From the NCBI GenBank assembly GCA_947626115.1, contig CANQQX010000004.1, forward strand, positions 1 through 55,133: a stretch of DNA of 55,133 nt. The letters are read 5' to 3'. Numbering within the stretch: position 1 is the first letter of the stretch; each line of letters starts with the position of its first letter. The position numbers and the translations under genes are program-made. Under the pieces are notes generated by a model. That model had not been told where the DNA came from. It saw only the letters and a list, made by a program, of their open reading frames with translations, and ran no database searches. This document shows positions 1 through 12,100 of the stretch, one piece after another. This DNA comes from an uncultured Bacilli bacterium. GTDB lineage: Bacteria > Bacillota_I > Bacilli_A > RF39 > UBA660.

Positions 1-34
1 AAAATGAATAGAAAAACTTTTAATTCATTTAAAA

Positions 35-60
35 AGAATAGAATTAAATTTTTCTATTCT
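35..60 (+). terminator. Possible stem-loop at the 3' end of an off-window upstream gene
   Basis: 9-bp inverted repeat AGAATAGAA (35-43) / TTCTATTCT (52-60) with an 8-nt loop; only a weak T tract follows. Confidence 0.3.
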
Positions 61-179
61 TAAGTTAATAACATTGGTGAAAAACTAATTTTTTTAACAC
101 TTTTATTACAAAAACATTAATTAAAACATAGACGGTAATTAAAATTTCGCTTATAATAAATAAATGAGGAAGTGTTATC

Positions 180-1868
180 ATGAAATTAAAAGGAAGTTTC
201 TTTTATACTTTAAGAGAAGATGCCAAAGATGAAGAAAGTAAAAGTGGTAATTTATTAGTGCGCTCTGGGATGATTAAAAAAGTGGGGGCAGGTATTTATA
301 TGTATCTTCCTTTAGGTCTAAAAGTTTTAGATAATATTAAAAAAATTATCAAAGAAGAAATGGATAAAGCTGGGGCAGAAGAAGTTTTAATGCCTAGTTT
401 AATACCAAGAGAATATTATGAAACTTGTGGTCGGGTTGAATCACTTGGTGATAGTATGTTTAAATTAGAAGATCGTTATCATAAACCTTATGCTTTAGGG
501 CCAACCCATGAAGAATTATTTACTTATGCTGCTAAAAATGTGATTAGAAGTTATAAAGATATGCCTTTTACTATCTATCAACAAGCTGATAAATTTCGTG
601 ATGAACCACGCCCAAGATATGGCCTTATTAGAGTAAGAGAATTTGTTATGAAAGATGCTTATTCTTTTGATCGTGATGAAGAAGGTTTGGATAAATCTTA
701 TCAAATAATGCGTAAAGCTTATAATAATATTTTTGATCGGATGGGAATTGATTATAAAATAGTTAAAGCTGATACTGGCGTAATGGGTGGTTCTCTATCC
801 GAAGAATATCAAGCTGTTACGGATATTGGCGAAGATGTTTTGGTATTGTGTGATCATTGTGATTATGCTTCTAATTTAGAAGTATCAGAAGTAGTTAGTA
901 AAGATGAAACAAACACAAAAGAATTAAATTTAAAATTAGTTGAAACGCCAGATAAAGAAACTATTGAAGAAGTTTGTTCTTATTTAAATATTGATGTTAA
1001 AAACTCAGTTAAAGCTCTACTTATGAAAGCAAATGATGAATTAGTAGTATTCTTTGTAAGAGGAGATAGAGAACTTAATTTAACTAAGGCTTGCAAATTA
1101 CTTGGTGTATCTGAAATTAATTTTGCTGGTGATGAATTAATTGCTACAAGTAACGCGGTCCCTGGTTATACTGGTCCAATTGATTTAAATGCCAAAATCG
1201 TAATTGACAAAGAAATTCTTACAATGCGTAATTTCTGTTGTGGGGCTAATAAAAAAGGATATCATTATATAAATGCCAATGTTAAAGATTTTAAATATGA
1301 TTTAGTTGGAGATATCGTAAATGTAAAAGAAGGAGATACTTGTCCAGTTTGTGGTGGCAAACTTTACTTTAAAAAAGGTATTGAAATAGGTAATATATTT
1401 AAACTTGGAACTAAGTATGCCGAAAAATTAGGGTTAACTTATTTAGATGAGAATAATAAATCTCTACCTGTTGTAATGGGTTGTTATGGTATAGGTGCAG
1501 GTCGTATTCTTGCTTCAATCATTGAACAAAACAATGATGAATTTGGTATGATTTTACCTAAATCTATTGCCCCATATCAAGTATGCATTGTTATAGTAGA
1601 TACTAAAGATGATAAACAAGTAGAAGAAGCTAATAAGATATATGAAGAATTAACTAATAAAGGCATAGATGTTTTACTTGATAATCGTGATGAGCGAGTA
1701 GGAGTTAAATTTAAAGATATGGATTTAATTGGTATACCTTTAAGAATAACTATTGGTAAAAAAATAAGTGAAAATATTGTTGAAGTTAAACCAAGAAGTG
1801 ATAAAGAATTTAAAGAAATTAATATATCTGAATTAGATAATTATATAACTAATTTTTTAAGTAAATAA
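180..1868 (+). CDS. proS: Prolyl-tRNA synthetase, bacterial type with insertion (editing) domain
   Basis: 562-aa ORF; class II aaRS motifs (GAGIYMYLPLG, FRDEPRPRYGLIRVREFVMKD, GCYGIGAGR); central INS-like domain; C-terminal anticodon-binding domain; GAGGAAG Shine-Dalgarno upstream. Confidence 0.95.
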   Translation: MKLKGSFFYTLREDAKDEESKSGNLLVRSGMIKKVGAGIYMYLPLGLKVLDNIKKIIKEEMDKAGAEEVLMPSLIPREYYETCGRVESLGDSMFKLEDRYHKPYALGPTHEELFTYAAKNVIRSYKDMPFTIYQQADKFRDEPRPRYGLIRVREFVMKDAYSFDRDEEGLDKSYQIMRKAYNNIFDRMGIDYKIVKADTGVMGGSLSEEYQAVTDIGEDVLVLCDHCDYASNLEVSEVVSKDETNTKELNLKLVETPDKETIEEVCSYLNIDVKNSVKALLMKANDELVVFFVRGDRELNLTKACKLLGVSEINFAGDELIATSNAVPGYTGPIDLNAKIVIDKEILTMRNFCCGANKKGYHYINANVKDFKYDLVGDIVNVKEGDTCPVCGGKLYFKKGIEIGNIFKLGTKYAEKLGLTYLDENNKSLPVVMGCYGIGAGRILASIIEQNNDEFGMILPKSIAPYQVCIVIVDTKDDKQVEEANKIYEELTNKGIDVLLDNRDERVGVKFKDMDLIGIPLRITIGKKISENIVEVKPRSDKEFKEINISELDNYITNFLSK

Positions 1869-1884
1869 TTATAAAATAAGCTAT

Positions 1885-1916
1885 AACGCTATACTGTAAA
1901 GGTTAGCGTTTTTATT
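1885..1916 (+). terminator. Intrinsic terminator after proS
   Basis: AACGCTA (1885-1891) / TAGCGTT (1904-1910) stem followed by a T run. Confidence 0.55.
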
Positions 1917-2070
1917 ATTCATACTTACTTTTTTATTAACAATTAAGTTGTATTTTTTTAAGCAAGATTTAAGTAAGAATTAAGCAAGATACATTTAAAT
2001 CGGTTAATAAACAAAATGTTCAACTTTATTTTCTCTAGACATACTATATAATATGTGATAATATATTTAT

Positions 2071-2090
2071 ATATGAACAGATATTCATAT
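2071..2090. promoter_or_regulatory. ArsR/SmtB-type operator (inverted repeat) in front of the metal-resistance operon
   Basis: ATATGAA-CAGATA-TTCATAT, a 7-6-7 inverted repeat with the TGAA..TTCA core typical of SmtB/CzrA/CadC operators, 18 nt upstream of the repressor start codon. Confidence 0.55.
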
Positions 2091-2107
2091 AGTTAAGGAG
2101 TATATAA

Positions 2108-2398
2108 ATGGAATTATTAGATGACGATAAAACAATAGATATGGCAGAATTATTTAAAATTTTTGGGGATTCTACCCGTATTAAAATTATTAATGTTTTA
2201 CTTGATAATGAACTTTGTGTTTGTGAAATAGCAAGTAAAATAAAGGTGAGTCAATCAGCTGTTTCCCATCAACTTCGAATATTAAAAACTGCTAAGTTAG
2301 TAAAATATTATAAAAAAGGAAATTGTATTTATTATTCTTTAGCGGATGATCATGTTAAAAAAATATTTATGTTAGGAAGTGAACACACAAATGAGTAA
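2108..2398 (+). CDS. ArsR/SmtB-family metalloregulatory repressor (CadC-like)
   Basis: 96 aa; ELCVCE alpha3 metal-site motif; winged-helix recognition helix SQSAVSHQLRILK; overlaps the downstream metal ATPase gene. Confidence 0.85.
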   Translation: MELLDDDKTIDMAELFKIFGDSTRIKIINVLLDNELCVCEIASKIKVSQSAVSHQLRILKTAKLVKYYKKGNCIYYSLADDHVKKIFMLGSEHTNE

Positions 2399-4424
2399 AT
2401 ATACATATAAATTAAATAAATTGGATTGTGCTAATTGTGCTAAAAGAATAGAAGATGCTTTAAATAAAAGTGATAAAATAAAAAAAGCCGTAGTTAATTA
2501 TAGTAAATTATCGGTAACTATTGATACTGATTTAAAAGATGGAGTTTTAAATGTAGCTAATGATATTATAAAACGAGTAGAACCAGATGTATTTGCTAGT
2601 GAGAATGCAAATATTCATACTAGTTACACATTTGATGTTATAAGATTGATTTTAGGAATAATTTTTATTATTTTATCTATGCTTATAAAACTTCCAATTG
2701 TTCATGAAATATTTATTATTCTTGCTTATTTAGTTTTATTATTTAGAGTGTTAAAGAAAGCAATTTTAATGTTAGTTAAAAATTTCTCGATAGATGAAAA
2801 TTTACTTGTTAGCATTTCTTGTATTGGGGCATATCTTACCAATAATATTCATGAAGGATTAATGGTAATTATTCTATATGAGATAGGTAAGATATTAGAA
2901 AGTATGGCCGTTAATAATTCACGTAAATCTATTAGTGATTTAATGGATATTAAACCAGAATATGCTAACTTAAAAGTAAATGATAAAATTAAAAGAGTAG
3001 ATCCAAGTGAAGTTAAAATTGATGATTTAATTATTATTAAAAAGGGTGAGAAAATTCCTTTAGATGGGACAGTTGTTGAAGGAGTTAGTAAACTTGATAA
3101 TAAAGCCTTAACGGGTGAAAGTAATTTAGTCAGTGTTAAAAAGGGAAGTGCCATTTTATCTGGCGGTATTAATGTTGGTGATATTCTAACTATTAAAGTT
3201 ACCAAAACTTATGAAGATAGTACAGTTGCCCAAATATTGTCATTGGTAGAAAATGCTACTGATAAAAAAGCTAAAACGGAAAATTTTGTTTCGAAAGCCG
3301 CTAAAATTTATACCCCAATTATTTTAGGGTTAGCTATTTTAATTGGTTTATGTCTTCCTTTAATTCCTGGCATAACTTATGAAGATTCAATTTACAGAGC
3401 ACTCGTATTTTTAGTAGTGTCTTGTCCTTGTGCTATTGCAATATCTGTACCTCTTTCTTATTTTTCGGGAATTGGTGCTTCATCTAAAAAAGGTATTTTA
3501 ATTAAAGGTAGTAATTATTTAGAAGCTATGGCTAAAATAAAAGAAATAATTTTTGATAAAACTGGTACTATTACAAATGGAGACGCTAGTAACTATGATT
3601 TAAAAGTAATTAATAAAAATTATAGTGAAGAAGATGTTATTAAGTATTATGTAAGTGGCGAAGTATTATCTAACCATCCAATCGCTAAATCAATTATAAA
3701 ATTATTTCCTAAAACTAAAACATTTAAAGTAAGTGATTACAAAGAAATAGAAGGAAAAGGAATTACTTTTAAAGTAAAAAAAGAAGAAGTATTAATTGGT
3801 TCTTCTACTTTAGTAGGTATTAATACGAATGATAATGCCATATATTTAAAAATAGATAACAAATTTATTGCTAAATTATCTATTAATGATGGTATTAAAA
3901 AAGATGCTAAAGAAACAATTAATTATTTAAATCAAATTGGTATAAATACCCAAATGTTTACTGGTGATAAGAAAGATATTGCAATGGAAATAGCAGATAA
4001 AGTAGGTATAAAAGATGTAAAATATGAACTTTTACCTAAAGATAAATTTGATTTACTAGATAACGAAATTAAAAAATATTATGGTGATGTTGCCTTTGTT
4101 GGTGATGGTATCAATGATGCACCAGCCCTAAGAATTGCTAAAGTGGGAATTTCGATGGGTAGCATTGGCAGTGCATCAGCTATTGAAGCATCCGATATAG
4201 TTTTAATGAATGATAATTTAAGTAGTATTATTGATTTATTTAAAATATCAAAAAAAACTAATCAAATTATTAAAGAAAATTTAATATTTGCTATAGGTAT
4301 TAAAATATTAATTTTAATATTAAGTGGTATTGGTCTTGCCTCAATGTGGCTTGCTGTTTTTGCTGATACTGGTGTTACATTACTTACTATTATTAATACC
4401 ACAAGAATATTAAAAAATAGATAA
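2391..4424 (+). CDS. cadA: Heavy-metal translocating P1B-type ATPase (Cd/Zn/Pb type)
   Basis: N-terminal HMA domain with CANC; TGES; CPC in a TM helix; DKTGT; HP (SNHPIA); GDGINDAP. ATG at 2391 sits 11 nt after AGGAAG; the ORF-track start at 2379 is a GTG. Confidence 0.85.
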   Translation: MSKYTYKLNKLDCANCAKRIEDALNKSDKIKKAVVNYSKLSVTIDTDLKDGVLNVANDIIKRVEPDVFASENANIHTSYTFDVIRLILGIIFIILSMLIKLPIVHEIFIILAYLVLLFRVLKKAILMLVKNFSIDENLLVSISCIGAYLTNNIHEGLMVIILYEIGKILESMAVNNSRKSISDLMDIKPEYANLKVNDKIKRVDPSEVKIDDLIIIKKGEKIPLDGTVVEGVSKLDNKALTGESNLVSVKKGSAILSGGINVGDILTIKVTKTYEDSTVAQILSLVENATDKKAKTENFVSKAAKIYTPIILGLAILIGLCLPLIPGITYEDSIYRALVFLVVSCPCAIAISVPLSYFSGIGASSKKGILIKGSNYLEAMAKIKEIIFDKTGTITNGDASNYDLKVINKNYSEEDVIKYYVSGEVLSNHPIAKSIIKLFPKTKTFKVSDYKEIEGKGITFKVKKEEVLIGSSTLVGINTNDNAIYLKIDNKFIAKLSINDGIKKDAKETINYLNQIGINTQMFTGDKKDIAMEIADKVGIKDVKYELLPKDKFDLLDNEIKKYYGDVAFVGDGINDAPALRIAKVGISMGSIGSASAIEASDIVLMNDNLSSIIDLFKISKKTNQIIKENLIFAIGIKILILILSGIGLASMWLAVFADTGVTLLTIINTTRILKNR

Positions 4425-4432
4425 CAAAAAAA

Positions 4433-4467
4433 ACAAATCCAAGTTAAAACTTAGGATTTGTTTTTTC
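4433..4467. terminator. Bidirectional terminator between convergent cadA and SDR genes
   Basis: A run, then ACAAATCC..GGATTTGT stem, then a T run; overlaps the last codons of the minus-strand SDR gene. Confidence 0.5.
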
Positions 4468-5206
4468 TTGTTTGGATGTGATATGCAATTATTAGCTGTA
4501 ACCTATAAGGTATAAGTCTTATACCAAAGATAGCTAATTTCATTTTTATTGTGGGAATAATAATCATTTTTCCTTTAAACATTTTATCTATTGCATACTT
4601 TGCTACATATTCACTAGATGCACCTTTAACATTGAATTTACCATGAGCAACTTTATTAAATTCAGTATTAACTGGTCCAGGACATAAAGCAGATATTTTC
4701 ACATTACTTTTTTTAACTCTTAATTCTTCATTAATTGCCATTGTTAATTTTAATAGATAATTTTTAGTGGCATAATATGTATTCAAATGAGGTCCAGCCA
4801 TAAAACCAGCACTAGATGCCACATTTAAAATATAACCTTTATCTTTTTCAATAAAATCTTTTAAAAATAATTTAGTTAAAATATGGGGTGCTTTAACATT
4901 AATATCAATCATTTTAAGTTCGGTATCTAAATCTGTTTCGTTAAAATCACCAAATAAACCAAAGCCTGCATTATTAATTAAAATATCGATATCATCGTTT
5001 TTCACATCTTCATATAATTTATAAACATTTTTTTCTATAGCTAAATCAAGAGAAATAATTTTTACATTTACTTTTAATTCTTTTTGTAGTTTTTCAAGCA
5101 TTTCTTTTCTTCGAGCTACTAAAATTAAATCAATATTTTTACTAGCTAAGTATCTTGCCATATCTCTTCCTATCCCAGAAGATGCGCCAGTTATAAGTGC
5201 TTTCAT
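4451..5206 (-). CDS. Short-chain dehydrogenase/reductase (SDR) family oxidoreductase
   Basis: TGASSGIGR cofactor motif, NNAG, catalytic YxxxK (YYATK); 251 aa. Confidence 0.85.
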   Translation of the reverse strand: MKALITGASSGIGRDMARYLASKNIDLILVARRKEMLEKLQKELKVNVKIISLDLAIEKNVYKLYEDVKNDDIDILINNAGFGLFGDFNETDLDTELKMIDINVKAPHILTKLFLKDFIEKDKGYILNVASSAGFMAGPHLNTYYATKNYLLKLTMAINEELRVKKSNVKISALCPGPVNTEFNKVAHGKFNVKGASSEYVAKYAIDKMFKGKMIIIPTIKMKLAIFGIRLIPYRLQLIIAYHIQTRKNKS

Positions 5207-7158
5207 AATTTATTTTCTCCTTTTAATTCAAATAGAATATCTCTTAACTCCATTGCTCTTTCAAAATCAAGATTACGAGCAGCTTCTCTCATTTCTTCTT
5301 CTAATTTTTCAATCATATTAATTGCTTCTTTTTTGCTTAATTTTTTCTTTTTATCTTTAGTTACAATTTGATTAGAGATAACTTCTTTTATTTCTTTACT
5401 AATTGTTTTTGGCGTAATATTATGTTCTTTATTATATGCTTCTTGTATTTCTCTTCTTCTTTTAGTTTCATCTATAGCAATTTTCATCGCTTCACTTATC
5501 ATATCAGCATACATAATAACTTTACCGTGTTCGTTTCTTGCACATCTTCCAATAGTTTGAATTAAAGATCGATCACTTCGTAAGAAACCTTGTTTATCAG
5601 CATCTAAAATACAAATTAAACTAACTTCTGGGATATCTATACCTTCTCTTAAAAGGTTGATACCTACGACTACATCATATATACCACATCTTAAATCGTG
5701 AATTATTTTTAACCTTTCTAAAGTTTTAATTTCATTATGAAGATAGGCAACTTTAATATTCATCTCTTTTAAATAATTAGTAAGTTCTTCGCTCATTCTA
5801 ATCGTTAGAGTAGTAATTAAAACTCTTTCATTTAATTTAATTCGTTTGTTAATTTCCCCGATTATATCATCAATTTGACCTTCAGTTTTTCTTACTTCAA
5901 TAATTGGATCTAAAAGACCAGTTGGTCTAATAATTTGTTCGACAACTTTATTGTCAGCTTTTTCTAGTTCATAATCACCTGGAGTAGCAGATACATAAAT
6001 AGCATTTTTAATTTTACTTTCAAATTCGTTAAATTTAAGTGGTCTATTATCAAGAGCACTCGGAAGTCTAAAACCATAGTCTACTAAAGTTTGTTTCCGC
6101 ATTCTATCGCCATTATACATACCTCTTACTTGGGGAAGAGTTACGTGTGATTCATCTACTACAAGTAAAAAATCATCAGGCATATAATCAATTAAACAAG
6201 GTGGAATTGAACCTTCTTCTCTTAAAGCAAGGTGTCTAGCATAGTTTTCAACCCCATTACAATATCCTGTTTCTTTAAGCATTTCGACATCATAATTAAC
6301 TCTTTCTTTAATTCTTTGTTCTTCAATGAATTTATTATTATCGTGAAAATATTTAACTCGCTCTTGGCATTCAGATTCAATTCTTTTAATAGCCTCTTCC
6401 ATTTTTTCGGGACTAGTTACAAAGTGTGATGCTGGTGATATGGCAATTGTTTTTTTAGCTTCTTTAATGGCTCCGGTTAAGGGATCAAAAACAGTTAACG
6501 CCTCAACTACATCACCATCAAGTTCAATTCTAATACCAGACTCTTTTTCATTTACGGGCACAATATCAATTGAGTTTCCTCTTACTCTAAAAGTGCCACG
6601 ATGAAAATCTAAATCACTGCGCTCATAAGTCATATCAACCAGTTTATCAATTATTTTATTTCTGGAAATAGTATCACCAATAGTAAGTACCAACATACTT
6701 TTTTCGTATTCTTCTTTTTCACCAATACCATAAATACAAGAAACAGACGCTACAACAATAACATCACGATAATTTATTAATGCTGATGTTGCTCCGTGTC
6801 TAAGCTCATCTATTTCATCATTTATGGAAGCATCTTTTTCAATGTAGGTATCACTTGATGGTACATAGGCTTCCGGTTGGTAATAGTCATAATAAGATAC
6901 AAAATATTCAACGTGGTTTTCTGGAAACAACTCTTTAAACTCACTATAAAGTTGACCTGCTAAAGTTTTATTGTGAGCAAGTACTAGAGTAGGCTTATTA
7001 ACTTCTTTTATGACATTGGCAATCGTAAAAGTTTTGCCTGTGCCTGTTGCACCTAGTAAAACTTGGTGTTTTTTGCCTTCATTGATACCATCAACTAATT
7101 CTTTAATTGCTTCAGGTTGGTCGCCACTAGGTTTATATTTTGATACTAATTTAAACAT
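5203..7158 (-). CDS. uvrB: Excinuclease ABC subunit B
   Basis: 651 aa; Walker A GATGTGKT; DESH box (VVDESHVT); helicase motifs; C-terminal UVR motif ([15 protein letters not shown]). Confidence 0.95.
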   Translation of the reverse strand: MFKLVSKYKPSGDQPEAIKELVDGINEGKKHQVLLGATGTGKTFTIANVIKEVNKPTLVLAHNKTLAGQLYSEFKELFPENHVEYFVSYYDYYQPEAYVPSSDTYIEKDASINDEIDELRHGATSALINYRDVIVVASVSCIYGIGEKEEYEKSMLVLTIGDTISRNKIIDKLVDMTYERSDLDFHRGTFRVRGNSIDIVPVNEKESGIRIELDGDVVEALTVFDPLTGAIKEAKKTIAISPASHFVTSPEKMEEAIKRIESECQERVKYFHDNNKFIEEQRIKERVNYDVEMLKETGYCNGVENYARHLALREEGSIPPCLIDYMPDDFLLVVDESHVTLPQVRGMYNGDRMRKQTLVDYGFRLPSALDNRPLKFNEFESKIKNAIYVSATPGDYELEKADNKVVEQIIRPTGLLDPIIEVRKTEGQIDDIIGEINKRIKLNERVLITTLTIRMSEELTNYLKEMNIKVAYLHNEIKTLERLKIIHDLRCGIYDVVVGINLLREGIDIPEVSLICILDADKQGFLRSDRSLIQTIGRCARNEHGKVIMYADMISEAMKIAIDETKRRREIQEAYNKEHNITPKTISKEIKEVISNQIVTKDKKKKLSKKEAINMIEKLEEEMREAARNLDFERAMELRDILFELKGENKL

Positions 7159-7267
7159 AATTACCTCCTTCGAATTTTTGGATATAAATTTACTAAAAAG
7201 TACTAAATAAAATTGAATAATAATAAATAAATTTCAATAATATATTTTATCACTGTTTTATAACTAA

Positions 7268-7297
7268 AACAAGAAAACTGCTACGTGTTTTCTTGTT
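7268..7297 (-). terminator. Terminator downstream of the Big_2 surface-protein gene
   Basis: 11-bp stem AACAAGAAAAC / GTTTTCTTGTT with an 8-nt loop. Confidence 0.5.
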
Positions 7298-7333
7298 ATT
7301 ATTCTTAACTTTTTTTGTTATTTTATGTTTATT

Positions 7334-8770
7334 TTATTTAATAGTATTACAAATTAAATTGGAGCTATTCATAGTTATATTTATTTCTTTGTCAGCTAAA
7401 TAATTTTGATTACCTCTATTTAATATTTCAATATCAGCTGTTAATGTTGTCATCTCATTTGCAGATACTTTATATTTTATTTGTTTTTTGTAACCACCTG
7501 TTTTTTGGGCATTTATAATGGCTTTTAAATCTACTTCAGTAGTGTCTATTATGCTATTCTTACCTCCGAAATATATTTTTCCATCTTCTTTTTCTATTAC
7601 ATTATCACTTACTAAACTTCCACTTGCTTTAATTGTTAAATCAGAAGTACATTCATATGTTTCTTTTTCATTTCCCCCTTGTACCACTATTTCAGAAATA
7701 ACATAATTTTGTTTATTTGTCTCATAGTCTAAATGTGAATATTTTGTGGCATAGAAATGTGTTCCTATTTTTGAAGAATCCATATCATCAGCTTTAATTT
7801 TAATATGAAATTTATTATTGGTTTCTTGTAAATATATTGATGTTAGACTCGAAGTAGATCCACTAACATTATTTGATGTAGAGTTTCCTAAAACTTCAAT
7901 TTCAATAGTTGCAATTTTATTACCATCATCAGTTTTTACTGTAACTTTGATAGTACCTTTAGCTTTACCAACTAATGTAGCATTTAATCCGTCAGCAGCT
8001 ATAATGCCTAAATCTTTTTTATCAACAGTCCAAGTTACCTTCTTATTACTGGCATTATTTGGATTAAGAACAGCTTGTAAATCGACTGTTCCCCCAATAT
8101 AAATTTTATTTTTACCAGTTAAATTTTTAATTGAAACACTATTAACTGCTACTGTTTTATCAGTTTCATTGTCTTTTGAATCTGATTTAGTTGGCTCTTT
8201 AACAGGATTTCCTTTAGCAGCTTTTACAGAAACATTAATAGTCTTACTATATTCACCATCTTTAGTTGCTACAGTAATTGTAATTTTACCTTCTTTTAAT
8301 GATTTAATGTTTCCTTTACTATCAACTGTAGCAATTTTCTTATTACTTGATTTCCATACAAGCTTAGTATCTTTTAATTCACCAGTTAAAGTTACTTTTA
8401 TTTGTTTAGATTCTCCTACTGTTAAACTAAGGGTTGTAGTATCTAATATTAAATCATTAATTTCTGAATCTTTCCATCTAGCTTCTAAAGTTATATCTTT
8501 AGTAACTTTTGTATTAAAATCAAATTTCTTATCATTATAATACCACCCATCAAAAATATAGCCTTCTTTAGTTGGAGTGGTTGGTTGACTAATTTTTTCA
8601 TTTTTTTTAATTGTCAATGAATTTATTGTTGAACCACCATTAGTATTAAAAAAAATTGTATATTCTTTACCACCAAAAACTTTGATTAATAGAATAATAA
8701 TTATGACAACAAGAACAACTAAAGCAAGAGCAATTGATAATTTTTTTATTCTGTTTGAATTTTTTTTCAT
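7334..8770 (-). CDS. Membrane-anchored surface protein with a Listeria-Bacteroides (Flg_new) repeat and Big_2 Ig-like domains
   Basis: N-terminal TM; FNTNGGS...GYIFDGWY repeat; at least two Big_2-like units (e.g. KLVWKSSNKKIATVDSKGNIKSLKEGKITITV; KVTWTVDKKDLGII). Confidence 0.7.
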   Translation of the reverse strand: MKKNSNRIKKLSIALALVVLVVIIIILLIKVFGGKEYTIFFNTNGGSTINSLTIKKNEKISQPTTPTKEGYIFDGWYYNDKKFDFNTKVTKDITLEARWKDSEINDLILDTTTLSLTVGESKQIKVTLTGELKDTKLVWKSSNKKIATVDSKGNIKSLKEGKITITVATKDGEYSKTINVSVKAAKGNPVKEPTKSDSKDNETDKTVAVNSVSIKNLTGKNKIYIGGTVDLQAVLNPNNASNKKVTWTVDKKDLGIIAADGLNATLVGKAKGTIKVTVKTDDGNKIATIEIEVLGNSTSNNVSGSTSSLTSIYLQETNNKFHIKIKADDMDSSKIGTHFYATKYSHLDYETNKQNYVISEIVVQGGNEKETYECTSDLTIKASGSLVSDNVIEKEDGKIYFGGKNSIIDTTEVDLKAIINAQKTGGYKKQIKYKVSANEMTTLTADIEILNRGNQNYLADKEINITMNSSNLICNTIK

Positions 8771-9121
8771 AATACTTTATTCCTTTCTTAAAATTACTTT
8801 TTGTTTTTGCTTAAAACTTAATTTTATTATAAATTAGGTTCTATTTTAAAGTCAATATAATGATATGTCTGAAATATTATTTCTCTTTGCATAATTAAAT
8901 TTTACTAAATTAAATAAAAAATTATAATAATCTATCTTCAATTATATTAAATTAAACATATAAATTATCTTTATTGTGAATATGTTTTAGTATATATTAC
9001 TGAAATAATAATTTATATTTTTTTAAATTGTGAAAATTAGGAAAAAATTTACATGAAAATATAAAAAAACAAAAAAAATATGATATATTATTAATAGTGC
9101 CTTATTATGGGAGGTTTTAAT

Positions 9122-12100
9122 ATGTTAGAAATTAAAAATATTAAAAAAGAATATAATACTGATGGCTTTAAGCAAAAAGCTTTAGATAATGTTAGTGTTA
9201 ATTTTCGTGAATGTGAATTTGCTAGTATCCTAGGTCCATCTGGAAGTGGTAAAACAACTTTCTTAAATATAATTGGGGGCTTAGATCATTATGATTCTGG
9301 TGATTTAATTATCAATGGCATAAGTACTAAGAAGTTCAAAGATGCTGATTGGGATAGTTATCGTAATCATCGCATTGGCTTTGTTTTTCAAAGTTATAAT
9401 TTAATTGGTCATCAAACAGTTTTATCAAATGTTAAACTTGCCTTGACTTTATCTGGTATATCTAAAAGCGAAGCTACTGAAAGAGCTAAAAAAGCCTTAA
9501 AAGAAGTAGGACTTGAAAATCATATTAATAAAAGACCTAATCAACTTTCTGGTGGTCAAATGCAAAGAGTTGCTATAGCAAGAGCCTTAGTTAATAATCC
9601 GGATATCATTTTAGCCGATGAACCAACTGGTGCTCTAGATAGTGAAACAAGTATTCAAATAATGAATGTTTTAAAAAAGATATCTAAAGATAAACTAGTA
9701 ATTATGGTTACACATAATCCCGAACTGGCTAATAAATATTCCAATCGAATTATTAACTTAAAAGATGGTAAAATTATATCTGATTCTAATCCATATAAAG
9801 AAAAAGATAAAAATAATGAAGAAGATAAATCGAAACAAAATAAAACGAAAATGAAATTTTTAACAGCTTTAAGTTTATCTTTTAATAATTTAATGACTAA
9901 AAAGGCCAGAACTATTTTAGTAGCCTTAGCAGGTTCAATTGGTATAATTGGCATTGCTTTAATTATGTCTGTATCAACTGGTTTTCAAAATTATGTTGAT
10001 TCCATTCAAGAAGAGACTATGACATCTTATCCTTTATCTATAATGCAAGAGACGGGTGATTTAACAAGTGCTCTTTTATCAATGCAATCAAATAATGATA
10101 ATGTAAGTGGTAAAAATATAGTAGAACAACAAACTATTACAAATATGTTATCAAGTATTAGTACTAACGATTTAAAAAGTTTTAAAAAATATTTAAATGA
10201 TAATTATAGCAAAGTAGATAAAGATATAGTTAATTTAAAATATACTTATAGCATTAGTCCTAATATTTATACAATTGATGTTACAAATGAAATTGTTAAA
10301 TTAAACCCAAGTAGTTTATTTACATCTTTAATGGGATCAAGTACGATGATGAGTGCATCTCCTTTCTCATCAGTTTATTCTGAGATGGTTGATAATACGG
10401 AGGAGATAGAAAAACAATATGAAGTTTTAGCCGGTAAATATCCAACTAATTATGATGAAGCAATAATTGTTTTATCTAGTAAAAATGAAATATCTGATTT
10501 ATTAGTTTATTCTTTAGGTTTAAGAGATAATAAAGAATTAACAGAAATGGTAACAAATATTATGAATGGCGAAGGAACAGATATTCATAATGACCCACTA
10601 ACTTTTACTTATGATGATTTAATGAATGTTGATTTAAGAGTAGTAATGCCAAGTGATTTATATAAATATAATTCAAAGTATGATATATATGAAGATATGA
10701 GTGAAAATAAAGAGTCATTAAAAACTATTTATAATAATGCTCTAAAATTAAAAATAGTTGGAATAGTAGCTCCGAAAAATGGTGGTATGACATCTCTTGC
10801 TTTAAGTCCAGGTATTAACTATACTTCTGATTTAACTAAGTACTTAATTGATTATGCCAAGGATCAAGATATAGTTAAAAAACAATTAAAAGATGAAGAA
10901 ACAGATGTTTTCTCAGGCAAAAAATTTAGTGATAAAAATAATAATAAATTAAATTTTGATTTTAGTGATTTTATTGATATTGATAAAAACAAATTACAAA
11001 ATGCCTTTAATATTAATATTGATGAAAATAAAATACAAAGTGAAACTGAACAATATATGCAAGATATTTCTAAATCTATCACTACTGATACAACACCTGC
11101 TACTCAAGTTTTTACTGATAATTTAAATGAATTTGCGGGTGGTATAATTGCAACTCTTAATAATGATGCCACAGTAAATGATATAGATACAATAGTAAAT
11201 AATTATTTAAATAGTGATGCTGTTAATGAAAAACTAACGCAAATGGAAAGTAGTTATGTAATTCCTAAAGATACATTTAAAACTACTTATATGGGAATAC
11301 TTAAAGGATTATTATATGCATATATTCCTACTATGAATATTCCAGGTGATAAAAGTGCTATTATAAATCAATATTTGCAAAATGCTGATATTCTTATTGT
11401 CGAAGGACAAATGGGTAGTGCAATGACGGAAGCATTAATGCAAAAAACTATTTTAACTAAAGTAGGAGAGTTAACTGGTAATATATCTGGTTCTATTGCA
11501 AGTGCCTTTAATGTTGATCAATCGAAAATAGCATCTGCTTTCAAACTTAAATACACTCAAGAAGAACTTACAAGAATAATATCTGCCATGATGACGAGTA
11601 GTGAAGCAAGTGCTAAAACTAATTTAGTATCTTTAGGTTATCAAGATATTGATGATCCAACCAGAATATCTTTCTATTTTAATGATTTTGACGGTAAAGA
11701 ACATTTCTTAGATTTCTTAGATGATTATAATAAAAGTGTTGATGAAGAAAAAGAAATTAAATATACGGATACTACTGGTATACTAATGGATTCCGTTAAA
11801 ACAATTGTTAATGCTGTAAGTTATGTTTTAATTGCTTTTGTATCTATTTCTTTAGTCGTATCAAGTATTATGATTGGGGTTATTACCTATATTTCAGTTT
11901 ACGAAAGAACCAAAGAAATTGGTATTTTAAGAGCAATCGGTGCATCAAAGAGAAATGTTTCATCTATCTTTAATGCGGAGACTTTTATCATTGGCCTTCT
12001 TTCTGGTTTACTTGGTATTGGTATATCATACTCATTAATTCCAATTATTAATGCTATATTACATCACTTTACTGGTGATATTCCCCTTTCTGCTTCCCTT

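Noticed and set aside
1-179. Possible T-box leader upstream of proS
   Set aside because: I looked for the conserved T-box sequence and an antiterminator/terminator pair and found none. Only an upstream hairpin and an ordinary -10/SD are visible.
2849-3205. 118-aa antisense ORF inside cadA; similar shadows at 516-704, 5368-5565, 6232-6429 and 7010-7210
   Set aside because: They lie entirely within well-supported genes on the opposite strand, have low-complexity composition and no SD. They are typical antisense shadow ORFs of AT-rich DNA.
7518-8540. Three plus-strand ORFs (62-123 aa) opposite the Big_2 surface-protein gene
   Set aside because: They are antisense to a domain-supported gene, and their Ser/Leu/Phe-rich translations have no recognisable motifs.
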